Below, one piece after another: positions 27,001-34,743 of a DNA stretch of 34,743 nt; within the stretch, counting starts at the first letter, position 1, and every line of letters starts with the position of its first letter. The translations under genes and the position numbers were made by a program. The notes beneath the pieces are model-generated. The model saw only the letters and a program-made list of their open reading frames with translations, did no database searches and had not been told where the DNA came from. The DNA is from an uncultured Nitrosomonas sp. (GTDB lineage: Bacteria; Pseudomonadota; Gammaproteobacteria; Burkholderiales; Nitrosomonadaceae). The stretch covers positions 1 through 34,743 of the forward strand of contig CAZDYN010000001.1 of assembly GCA_964509635.1 (NCBI GenBank), in the 5' to 3' direction.

Positions 27001-27212
27001 CGGGAGCCGCCACGCTCGTCGGTCAACTGGGCGGTATTGCGGAAATTTCCCGCGATTTGGCGTATCGACTGTATTCGACCTGCGAACGCAAGAAATGGGC
27101 ACAGGACGCCCTGGCCTACAACAGCTTGGTTGTGGCCTGGCCTGAACTGACAAAACTGGCGCGTTCAACGCAAACTCGACAGACTTCGACTCAACAAGAA
27201 CTCTTCAACTGA
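24039..27212 (+). CDS. DUF1156-containing amino (likely N6-adenine) DNA methyltransferase
   Basis: KKLIEVALPL and LHLWWARRPLAACRA (DUF1156), motif I DPFAGGGSIP, motif IV TDPPYYD, Zn-ribbon CPNPGC...CLFC. Confidence 0.92.
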   Translation: MTPYRKKLIEVALPLAAINAESAREKSIRHGHPSTLHLWWARRPLAACRAVLFSSLVDDPDSDPQYLKADGTVDEDLAGLKRADLFNLIEELVMWENSNNVDVIRSARAEIARSVASRLIETGKLKKNDEFDFGFSISYFGLEKQDEGVPSNSKLQNPKSKIKYQDFVQCGNCKPVPMGLDKKVGRVRFTFDVSRLPPAEAVNAFLAEHAPPVLDPFAGGGSIPLEAQRLGLRAYASDLNPVPVLINKALIEIPPKFAGRPPVNPESRGGGPKPKGKDKKSKTLTEKEWHGAEGLAEDVRYYGQWMRDEAEKRIGHLYPKVEVTAEMAKDRPDLLPYVGEKLTVIAWLWARTIQCPNPGCRARAPLVRSFWLSKKPGKECFARPVLDRDFKTASFEIAMKGEPPKHTTDRTGARCLFCDTFIKKQQLRDISMEFGVPEIPLAIVAEGNSTRVYLPADAIPLPTVKKPDVAFLEQPMTNDRRWFSPPLYGLPNFADLFTPRQLIALTTFCDLVEEARNKIHDETSAVWKGDDGLRRTNSDDGATAYADAVATYLGFAVDRSSDFWCALCTWANQPKNELVAHVFGRQALPMVWDFAEASPFSESGGNFLKNLDFVVKATAAQQLPTQAGSVQQRDATSDLGIRRSAVVSTDPPYYDNIGYADLSDFFYVWLRRSLSRVYPAIFSTVLTPKKQELIASSHRHGGKKELAQIFFETGLGHAFTRMHEAEHTDFPMTVYYAFKQSETDETDDVDDEEPSISNTTASTGWETMLGGLIRANFTISGTWPIRTERPTGMKGITNALASSIVLVCRSRPENASLATRKEFLTSLRRELPDALRNLQRGNIAPVDLAQAAIGPGMAVFTRYAKVLESDGSAMTVRTALGLINQSLDEVLAEQEGEFDSDTRWAISWFEQFGMDDGPFGDAETLSKAKNTAITGLVEAGIIAAKAGKVRLVKRDELPTDWNPATDKRLTVWEVTQHLIHRLDQKGETGAATLVGQLGGIAEISRDLAYRLYSTCERKKWAQDALAYNSLVVAWPELTKLARSTQTRQTSTQQELFN
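24429..24527. repeat. In-frame inverted array of heptamer repeats inside the methylase
   Basis: Left arm of GATTTTG-like units (24429-24464) and right arm of CAAAATC-like units (24490-24527) are reverse complements. Confidence 0.85.
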
Positions 27213-27226
27213 TGGGCCGCTGAGAT

Positions 27227-30200
27227 ATGGCAATTTCAAATCGTGAACGTGTCGGTAAAGGGCTGGACCTGCTGGCAACCGGCCTGCGCCCGTTTGTCGA
27301 GCGGGAACTGAAGTCGCAGCTTGGCGACAACTGGGAATCGAGTTTACCTGAGAATGGTCCTCGGGGCGGTAAGGCTAAACCAAAGCCAGCCAACCTCGAC
27401 GATCCCCAGACATTACTGGGAATCCTCTGGGATCAATGGAACGCGGTCTTCAAGAATACGCTCGGTCACAGTGAACGCAGCATCGTCAGCGAATTGCGGG
27501 ACGTTCGTAACAACTGGGCGCACAACGAACAGTTCAGCAGTAACGACGCAATCCGCGCACTTGACTCGATGGAACGATTGCTGGTTGCCGTCTCTGCCGC
27601 TGATGCTGCCACCGAAGTTGGCCAGATGCGGATGGACCTGATGCGGTCATTGTTCGACGAACAACGCCGCCAGGAGATGCGTAAGAAGGCGTTTCAGCCA
27701 ACCGAAGGGAAGCCACAGGGTGGCCTGAAACCGTGGCGTGAAGTCGTGACTCCACACCCCGACGTGGCCAGCGGACGTTACCAACAAGCCGAGTTCGCTG
27801 CTGACTTGTGGCAGGTGTATCAGGGTGAAGGCTCGGATGAGTACAAGCATCCGACCGAATTCTTCCGCCGGACATTTCTCACCGAAGGGCTTCGACGGTT
27901 GCTGTCCCAAGCGATTCTTCGCCTCAACGGTGATGGCGGCGATCCTGTTGTCGAGTTGCAAACGAACTTTGGTGGTGGCAAAACGCACTCGATGCTGGCC
28001 CTGTATCACCTGTTTTCCGGCGCGTCACCGGCAGACCTGCCAGGAGCCGAGGAACTGGTTAAGGAATCCAATCTCACACTCCCGAATAACGTCCGACGGG
28101 CAGTTTTTGTCGGTACGCAGGTTTCTCCTGGTAAACCACATAAGAAACCGGATGGCACGGTCATTCGTACCGTATGGGGCGAAATCGCCTGGCAGCTTGG
28201 TGGGAAGGAAGCCTACAAGCTCATCAAGGAAGATGACGAGAAGGCTACGAATCCCGGTAATTCAATGAAAGAGATATTCGTCAAATATGGCCCCTGTCTC
28301 ATCCTGATCGACGAATGGGTGGCCTATGCCCGGCAACTGCACACGACCGCTGATCTGCCCGCCGGTTCGTTCGAGACACACTTCACGTTCGCCCAAGCAC
28401 TTAGCGAGGCCGCCAAAGCCGCCAAGAATACCCTGCTCGTGGTGAGCATCCCGGCATCCGAAAGTCCGCATCAGAAAGAGGGACGCGGTGTCACCGACAT
28501 TGAAGTGGGCGGTGAGCGCGGTCGTGAGGCCCTGTCTCGGCTCAAAAATGCCATCGGCCGCGTGGAAGCGTCCTGGCGACCGGCCAGCCCGGACGAAGGT
28601 TTTGAAATTGTCCGTCGCCGACTGTTCCAGCCATTATCTGGCGACCAGTACGTTGCCCGCGATGCTGTCGCCCGCGCCTTCGTTGATACCTACGGTGCTC
28701 AACAGCAAGAATTTCCGACCGAGTGCCGCGAGGCCGATTACGAACGCCGGATCAAGATGGCGTATCCCATCCATCCGGAACTGTTCGACCGGCTCTATAA
28801 CGACTGGTCAACCCTCGACAAATTCCAACGCACGCGTGGCGTCCTGCGCCTCATGGCGGCGGTGATTCACTCCCTTTGGGAGCGGCAGGATGGCAATTTG
28901 TTGATCATGCCTGGAACCGTGCCCATTGAAGACCAGATCGTTCAGTTTGAGTTGACCCGCTACCTCGATGACCATTGGGTACCGGTGCTGGAAAAAGACG
29001 TGGACGGCGCGAACTCATTGCCGCTGGCGCTCGACCGGGATAACCCTAACCTGGGGCGATACTCGGCCGCCCGCCGTGTCTCACGGACGATCTACATGGG
29101 ATCGGCTCCCACTTTGCGAGCCGCCCATAAAGGGATCGACGAACGTCAGGTGAAACTCGGATGCGTCCAGCCTGGCGAAGCCGTGGCCACCTTTGGCGAC
29201 GCACTCCGCCGACTCACCGACCGGGCTACGTATTTGTACGTGGATGGCAAGCGTTACTGGTATTCAACGCAGCCCACGGTCGCCCGGCTTGCCGACGACC
29301 GCGCTGGTCAACTGGCCGACGATCAAGTGTCAGACGAGATCATTAAGCGACTTCGAGAAGAAGCCCGCACTCGTTCCGATTTCTCGAAAGTCCACGCGTG
29401 CGCGCCCAGCAGCGATATTCCCGACGAGAAAGAAGCCCGGCTCGTCATCTTGGGGCCAGAATTCTTCCATACCGGCAAGGACGCAAACAGCCCCGCCCGA
29501 AAGGAAGCTGCGGCAATTCTTGAATCCCGAGGGTCGTCCCCCAGAAACTATAAGAACACCCTGGTATTTCTCGCCGGTGATATCAATCGCCTGCGGGAAC
29601 TTGAACAGGCAGTCCGTCAGTTTCTCGCGTGGTCCTCAATCCTGGATGACAAGTCCACTTTGAACTTGGATCAATTCCAGTCCCGCCAGGCGGAAACCAA
29701 ACGCAAGAGTGCCAACGAAGCCGTCGATTTGCGGATTGCCGAGGCGTATCAATGGCTTCTGGTGCCGGGACAACCCGACCCCAAAGGCGATGTCGATTGG
29801 ACCGACCTGAAGTTGCAAGGCCAGGATAGCCTCGCAACACGGGCAGCGAAAAAGCTCAAAAATGAAGAGTCCCTGCTGATTCAGATGGGGGCCGTCCGCC
29901 TGCGCACAGAACTCGACCGCATTCCGCTCTGGACCGGCAGCCACGTCAGCATCAAACAGCTTGCTGAGTACATGGCACGATATCTGTATCTGCCACGCCT
30001 GAGAGATGAACAGGTCTTGATCGCCGCCATTCAAGAGGGTGTTTCCAGCCTGGTTTGGCACGACGAATCATTCGCCTACGCCGAAACATGGGACGAGCAA
30101 CGGAAACGATATCAGGGCCTGAAATGCGGGACGTCGATCCGTGTCATCGTCGATGATCGCACGCTGTTGGTAAAACCCGACGCGGCTTCGGCGCAGCTCG

Positions 30201-30601
30201 GAAAAGACCGCGAAGCAGCGGCAGCCGCACAAGCGGTAACTGAAACCGGCGAATCAACAGGCCGTAAACCGGACACGGCTGGAGCCACCACCGGAACCGG
30301 CTCCGCCACTCTGCCGTTGCCGGGCACAGGTCGAGTCATTCCTCCGTTGCCGCCAGCTCCACCGAAGTTGACCAGATTCCACGGTTCCGCTCAGTTAGAC
30401 CCCCTGCGCATGGGCCGGGACGCGTCCCGCATAGCGGAGGAAGTGATCCAACACCTAACGGGACTGCTGGGAGCCGAAGTTGAAATCACTCTCGAAATCC
30501 AAGCCAAACTTCCGGACGGAGCCAGCGACAAACTCGTCCGTGACGTCACCGAAAACTGCCGGACTCTGAAGTTTACAGACTATGGATTTGAGGAGGACTA
30601 A
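27227..30601 (+). CDS. DUF499 AAA+ ATPase with an N-terminal Swt1-like HEPN domain
   Basis: HEPN RNNWAH (Rx4H), Walker A TNFGGGKTH, Walker B LILIDEW, AYPIHPELF and FQRTRGVLRLMA. Confidence 0.9.
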   Translation: MAISNRERVGKGLDLLATGLRPFVERELKSQLGDNWESSLPENGPRGGKAKPKPANLDDPQTLLGILWDQWNAVFKNTLGHSERSIVSELRDVRNNWAHNEQFSSNDAIRALDSMERLLVAVSAADAATEVGQMRMDLMRSLFDEQRRQEMRKKAFQPTEGKPQGGLKPWREVVTPHPDVASGRYQQAEFAADLWQVYQGEGSDEYKHPTEFFRRTFLTEGLRRLLSQAILRLNGDGGDPVVELQTNFGGGKTHSMLALYHLFSGASPADLPGAEELVKESNLTLPNNVRRAVFVGTQVSPGKPHKKPDGTVIRTVWGEIAWQLGGKEAYKLIKEDDEKATNPGNSMKEIFVKYGPCLILIDEWVAYARQLHTTADLPAGSFETHFTFAQALSEAAKAAKNTLLVVSIPASESPHQKEGRGVTDIEVGGERGREALSRLKNAIGRVEASWRPASPDEGFEIVRRRLFQPLSGDQYVARDAVARAFVDTYGAQQQEFPTECREADYERRIKMAYPIHPELFDRLYNDWSTLDKFQRTRGVLRLMAAVIHSLWERQDGNLLIMPGTVPIEDQIVQFELTRYLDDHWVPVLEKDVDGANSLPLALDRDNPNLGRYSAARRVSRTIYMGSAPTLRAAHKGIDERQVKLGCVQPGEAVATFGDALRRLTDRATYLYVDGKRYWYSTQPTVARLADDRAGQLADDQVSDEIIKRLREEARTRSDFSKVHACAPSSDIPDEKEARLVILGPEFFHTGKDANSPARKEAAAILESRGSSPRNYKNTLVFLAGDINRLRELEQAVRQFLAWSSILDDKSTLNLDQFQSRQAETKRKSANEAVDLRIAEAYQWLLVPGQPDPKGDVDWTDLKLQGQDSLATRAAKKLKNEESLLIQMGAVRLRTELDRIPLWTGSHVSIKQLAEYMARYLYLPRLRDEQVLIAAIQEGVSSLVWHDESFAYAETWDEQRKRYQGLKCGTSIRVIVDDRTLLVKPDAASAQLGKDREAAAAAQAVTETGESTGRKPDTAGATTGTGSATLPLPGTGRVIPPLPPAPPKLTRFHGSAQLDPLRMGRDASRIAEEVIQHLTGLLGAEVEITLEIQAKLPDGASDKLVRDVTENCRTLKFTDYGFEED

Positions 30602-30678
30602 CGGACAGCGATATTTGTCGCCCTTGATAGTAGTCCAACACCGCACATTGAAGTCAAAACGTCGGGAGAACACGCCAG

Positions 30679-33219
30679 ATGTATCTAAAAGCAGTGCTCG
30701 TTCGCTTTTTCAAGTCGTTCAATTTCGACTATCTGCGTAAAAACCACCCTACTGCGAAGGCTTTGCCTTGGGAACACATTGGCGAAGCATGGTATCCATT
30801 TGTGCGCATCCCATTAACCAGGGATATTACGACCATCGTAGGAGCAAACGAGTCTGGAAAGAGTCATTCTCTCAGCGCAATCAAGAAGGGATTGTCGGGC
30901 GAAAACATCTCTCGCCGGGACTTTTGCCGCTATTCTCAATTCTTCACTGTTGAGGAAGGAAATATGCGGTGGCCGGATTTCGGCCTCCATTTCGCTGACC
31001 TCAACCGCGAGCAGCAGGACGAACTCCGCTCCTTGCTTGATGTCAAAAACGGATGTACGGTCGACGAGTTTGTCTTAATACGGCGCAACATAACGTCCCT
31101 TGAGGTCTGGCTCAAACAGCGGGATCACTTCGTGCAGTGTGCAATCAGTGACTCTGCAAAACTACTTTCCAGTCGACTACTTCCTCATGTTTTCGAGATC
31201 GATTCGATGGTAGCCCTCCCCAGCAGTGTTCCCTTGTCATGGTTGCGAGGGGAAACTCGTTCGGCTTGGCCGCGTACAGCTCGGAATTCGCTGGTAGCGG
31301 CAGTTGATCCAGTTCGCTCATTCTTTTCAGATGCTGAAAAGGTTAAGAATAGCGCGTCCGCCATTTCAGACGCAATGGCGAAATTTGCCCCCGGGGAGAC
31401 TGAGGAGACTGGTAGTAACAATAGGGAAACCCGATCTCTTGAGCTGGCTCGCGATCTTCTGTTCAAGGTCGCAAAAATTGACAAATCGGCAATTACGGAC
31501 TTGTCAAAGGCCCTTGCCGAAGAGGATGAGGGGCTCGCCAATGGATTGCTTCAGCAAATCAATCAGCGACTTGCTGCCGAATTGAACTTTCCCAAATGGT
31601 GGGTGCAGGATCGAGATTTCCGGCTTACCGTTTCCGCTCGCGATGATGATCTTGTCTTCACAATCAGCGATCGCACGCATACGGAGTATTCCTTCGGCGA
31701 GCGGAGCAACGGATTGAAATACTTCCTGAGCTACTACGTTCAGTACCTTGCCCACAAGCCACCACCCAACCGCTGGGAAATGCTCTTGATGGATGAGCCG
31801 GATGCGTATTTGTCGAGCCAGGGCCAACAGGACTTGTTGAAAATCTTCAATTCGTTCGCCGATCCTGAAGACGGCAAAGAGCCGATTCAGGTCGTGTATG
31901 TTACCCATTCTCCATTCTTGGTCGACCGCAATCACGGTGAACGAATCCGGGTATTGGAGAAGGGAGCCGATGATGAAGGAACGAGAGTTGTAAATGACGC
32001 ATCGAAAAACCATTACGAACCGCTGCGTTCCTCGTTTGGTGCCTTCGTTGGCGAGACGACCTTTATTGGTAACTGCAATCTCATGGTCGAAGGACTTGCG
32101 GACCAGGTACTGCTTGCAGGGTGCTCCACGTATCTCCGCGCTCTCGACACCCCAAAAATGAATACATTCGACCTTAACCGTATCACAATAGTTCCCGCAG
32201 GGTCATCATCTCACATACCATATCTTGTTTATTTGGCACGTGGCCGTGACATCGAGCAGCCGTCAGTGATCGTCCTTCTCGACAGTGATAAGTCGGGCAA
32301 ACAAGCTCAGAAAGACCTCAAGAAGGGCGGCCCAAAGAACAAGCAAATCATTAAACCACAGTCCGTCCTTATGCTGGCTGATTTGCAGCCGGAAGTAAAA
32401 CTACCTGAAGGAAAGTCGCTCATTGAGACGGAAGATTTAATTCCGCCGGGCGTTACTGCTCAGGCTGTTCAGCGATTTCTTCAAAAAGTGTGTGGTGTCG
32501 CAGTCGCTGACTCAGTGAAGGTGACGTCTGATGCCATTACTGCGGCATGGTCTGGCGACCGACAGCATTTCGATGCAATCAATGAGGTCGTCGCACAGTT
32601 TATAGGGCCGGACTTCCATGTCGATAAGATGGGACTGGCGCGGGAAGTTGTTGAGTTGGTGCATCAAAATCACGTTGCAACATCGCCTCTCATCGCCCCG
32701 GACGATCTCACCGTCTTTCAGCGGAATGTGGGATTATTGATTCGCAAGCTCGCGGAAATGCAGCGGAAGGCAGAACGCGAAACTTCGCAAGAGCGAATTT
32801 CTCGAAAGATCGATCGCGTGATTAAATCGTTTAGAAGCGACCATCCTTCTTCTGCAAAGCGAGAAGAGGCAATACTGTTGCTTGAGGAGATTGAATCAAC
32901 GCTGGATGACAGCAACGAAGCCGATGATGTCCAACTGGCATTACAAAAGCTGAAACGCGATTACGATTTGACCGAACCTAAGCCTGGCGTCGTCGAAAAG
33001 TTTTCGGAATTCTCCAATGCCCTCGGCTGTGTACGTTACTCCGCCAGAAATGCAGTTCAACAAGAAGCCATCGACCTGACTAGTGCTGGCGAACTGAAGC
33101 CCGACGCACCGACAGATGTCAGTCCGTCGAATGTTGCCAGCCTACAGCCTGTCGGAACGGCGGCATCACCAGTGCCGGACGGCAAGGACATGGTTCCTTC
33201 TTCCGCCGCGACAACTTGA
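30679..33219 (+). CDS. OLD-family-like ABC ATPase-TOPRIM protein
   Basis: Walker A GANESGKS, signature RSNG, Walker B LLMDEPD, H-loop VTHSPF and TOPRIM MVEGLAD...LLDSD. Confidence 0.85.
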   Translation: MYLKAVLVRFFKSFNFDYLRKNHPTAKALPWEHIGEAWYPFVRIPLTRDITTIVGANESGKSHSLSAIKKGLSGENISRRDFCRYSQFFTVEEGNMRWPDFGLHFADLNREQQDELRSLLDVKNGCTVDEFVLIRRNITSLEVWLKQRDHFVQCAISDSAKLLSSRLLPHVFEIDSMVALPSSVPLSWLRGETRSAWPRTARNSLVAAVDPVRSFFSDAEKVKNSASAISDAMAKFAPGETEETGSNNRETRSLELARDLLFKVAKIDKSAITDLSKALAEEDEGLANGLLQQINQRLAAELNFPKWWVQDRDFRLTVSARDDDLVFTISDRTHTEYSFGERSNGLKYFLSYYVQYLAHKPPPNRWEMLLMDEPDAYLSSQGQQDLLKIFNSFADPEDGKEPIQVVYVTHSPFLVDRNHGERIRVLEKGADDEGTRVVNDASKNHYEPLRSSFGAFVGETTFIGNCNLMVEGLADQVLLAGCSTYLRALDTPKMNTFDLNRITIVPAGSSSHIPYLVYLARGRDIEQPSVIVLLDSDKSGKQAQKDLKKGGPKNKQIIKPQSVLMLADLQPEVKLPEGKSLIETEDLIPPGVTAQAVQRFLQKVCGVAVADSVKVTSDAITAAWSGDRQHFDAINEVVAQFIGPDFHVDKMGLAREVVELVHQNHVATSPLIAPDDLTVFQRNVGLLIRKLAEMQRKAERETSQERISRKIDRVIKSFRSDHPSSAKREEAILLLEEIESTLDDSNEADDVQLALQKLKRDYDLTEPKPGVVEKFSEFSNALGCVRYSARNAVQQEAIDLTSAGELKPDAPTDVSPSNVASLQPVGTAASPVPDGKDMVPSSAATT

Positions 33220-33296
33220 TCATTAACCTGGATGCAAACGACTTTAGGGCCTTCGTACGCCTTAAAAACGTGGATTCCATTCAGTAGGGACAGGCG

Positions 33297-34427
33297 ATGG
33301 GACAGGTAACCGACAAATTGCGATTATTGGGGCAGGCGATCAACGCGATTGGATTCTCGTACGTTTTTAACGCGATGGACCTTGGGCTAATCGACCAATT
33401 GGAGACAATGGCAATCGGCAACAACCGTCAGGCTGCGGACTTTGCCTTGCCTTTGGTCGCAAATATCGAAGCTACTTCCGATCATATTGTCGACGAATTT
33501 GACTATGATCACCTGATGGCTGTGTACGACGCATATGCGGAAGCCAAAGTTGGGAAACGAATGTGGGACCAAGGGTTGCGACCAATTCGGATTCCGGAAG
33601 GGAGGGGCCCAACACCGGATTTTCGTGTCCCGTTCCAAGGACAGGATTTCTTTGTTGAGGTGAAAGCCCTCCATGTAAGGCGCGGTGTAGCGAACAACGA
33701 CGCAATCATGGAAGCCGGCTTTGAATCCCTCGTCAACCTATCCCAGCAGCGGGCTCGCAACGTAACAATTGCAACCGCCGAGATGACAATTCGTCCTCAC
33801 GACTCAGCGTCGGCTGCATACGATCCGACGTCTGCAAAATATATCGCCGAAGACTTGCTTTCACGGATCGACGGAAGATTTAGGGCAGCTCAGTTTCAGC
33901 ACGGTCCCACCTTTGGAGCGGTTGATCTTACAATGCTCCCACTGTTTGGGGCTTTGCCCAAGTCCATCTACCGGACACACCCAGAGTCACAAACACGGGC
34001 AGCAGTTAGCGGCGTCCTATGGCACGCCGCATTTGGCGACGAAGGAAGCGATCTCTACCGCCCGATCGAATTTGACGGATTGAGCAATCTTGACGGCTAT
34101 TTTGAGGCACAGGGTCTTCTACGAACACGCCAGTTCATCAAAGGTTTCATCTTTTTTGACCAATCAAACACTGCATTTCTCGTCCGAAAGAACGACGAAG
34201 CCCAGCTTGTACCGTTCCTTTCTCGGTTGAGTGATACATGGAACAATGACGCGAACGAAGCGATTTGCCGAATTCAAGATCCGGTTGAGATCGATGATTT
34301 CCGGCGAATGATACAAATAAAGGCAGTGGAGTTGTGGAAGGCGCGCAACGAGCCTCTCTGGCAGGATCTCACTGACTGGCAACGCGCCAAGGAAGCGTTT
34401 GGAATTCCCGGATGTGCCCCGTTCTAA
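33297..34427 (+). CDS. Putative PD-(D/E)XK nuclease with a C-terminal DUF2934-like domain
   Basis: YAEAK...PTPDFRV...FVEVKAL; C-terminal IQIKAVELWKARNEPLWQDLTDWQRAKE. Confidence 0.65.
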   Translation: MGQVTDKLRLLGQAINAIGFSYVFNAMDLGLIDQLETMAIGNNRQAADFALPLVANIEATSDHIVDEFDYDHLMAVYDAYAEAKVGKRMWDQGLRPIRIPEGRGPTPDFRVPFQGQDFFVEVKALHVRRGVANNDAIMEAGFESLVNLSQQRARNVTIATAEMTIRPHDSASAAYDPTSAKYIAEDLLSRIDGRFRAAQFQHGPTFGAVDLTMLPLFGALPKSIYRTHPESQTRAAVSGVLWHAAFGDEGSDLYRPIEFDGLSNLDGYFEAQGLLRTRQFIKGFIFFDQSNTAFLVRKNDEAQLVPFLSRLSDTWNNDANEAICRIQDPVEIDDFRRMIQIKAVELWKARNEPLWQDLTDWQRAKEAFGIPGCAPF

Positions 34428-34588
34428 CTTGCACGATGGCCGAAGGGTGATGGACAACTCGTTTCGAGCGAGGGTTTTGCGATTCCGCGTGTCCAGATCG
34501 CGGCGTGGTAGCCGCGGCATTTATGATGACTTCAGGAAGCCCGTCTGCGACAGCACACATCAGAGATCACAACGGCGTCACTCCGGAT

Positions 34589-34743
34589 TCATTTTGGCAA
34601 GAGCAAACGCTGCCGTGGCCGGAAGATGATATCGTCATCTTCAAGTTGCACTCCGTTGCGACGAAACTTACCGTTCTCGGACTTGACTGCCAGCTCCTTC
34701 TCAAGGGTGAGCTTGCTAATCTGTTTGGCAAGCATTTCCTTTG
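34589..34743 (-). CDS. 3' end of a convergent gene running in from outside the window
   Basis: Open frame of 50 codons ...KEMLAKQISKLTLEKELAVKSENGKFRR...RLLLPK* ending at 34589. Confidence 0.4.
   Translation of the reverse strand, partial: KEMLAKQISKLTLEKELAVKSENGKFRRNGVQLEDDDIIFRPRQRLLLPK

Larger units (their letters stand above)
1..34427. mobile_element. Part of an integrative element / defence-carrying genomic island (ends not in view)
   Basis: Large serine recombinase with ParB-like partners, element-type backbone ORFs and dense defence cargo. No housekeeping genes, att sites or tRNA seen. Confidence 0.7.

Noticed and set aside
16330..30601. Canonical BREX, DISARM or type III R-M call
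   Set aside because: No PglZ, BrxA/B/L, DrmA/B or Res/Mod signatures; the domain set fits the DUF499-DUF1156-SNF2 family.
30679..33219. Gabija (gajA) call
   Set aside because: No adjacent UvrD-like GajB helicase in the window.

Overview
This window is part of an integrative mobile element / genomic island, probably from a planctomycete (inferred from the small-gene backbone). It has no rRNA, tRNA, CRISPR array, conjugation genes or visible att ends. Left arm (1-7690, mostly minus strand): element backbone with DUF1257, DUF2997, a Ycf46-like AAA+ ATPase, a DUF3150-like protein, several small conserved ORFs and a divergent beta-clamp (DnaN)-like protein. This arm is interrupted by a cassette carrying an orphan R-M controller (C)-like XRE gene with a C-box-like operator and a 3-TM membrane protein. 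Centre (8031-11991, plus): stand-alone OmpR/PhoB-type wHTH, large serine recombinase and two ParB/RepB-like proteins. Next (12092-15440, minus): a beta-CASP metallo-beta-lactamase plus PD-(D/E)XK nuclease pair, two small ORFs and a candidate multi-stem structured RNA. Right arm (15938-34427, plus): a defence cluster built on an SNF2 helicase-DUF3883 / DUF1156 adenine methylase / HEPN-DUF499 ATPase restriction-like system. A translationally coupled three-gene module sits inside it: a SLIP-GC/NUGGC-like dynamin-family GTPase, a SAMHD1-like HD phosphohydrolase and a YwgA/Panacea-like small protein. An OLD-type ABC-ATPase-TOPRIM gene and a PD-(D/E)XK-DUF2934-like fusion follow. The nested GTPase-HD-YwgA module is the best candidate for an undescribed system. 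All family assignments come from motif recognition by eye, not from database searches.
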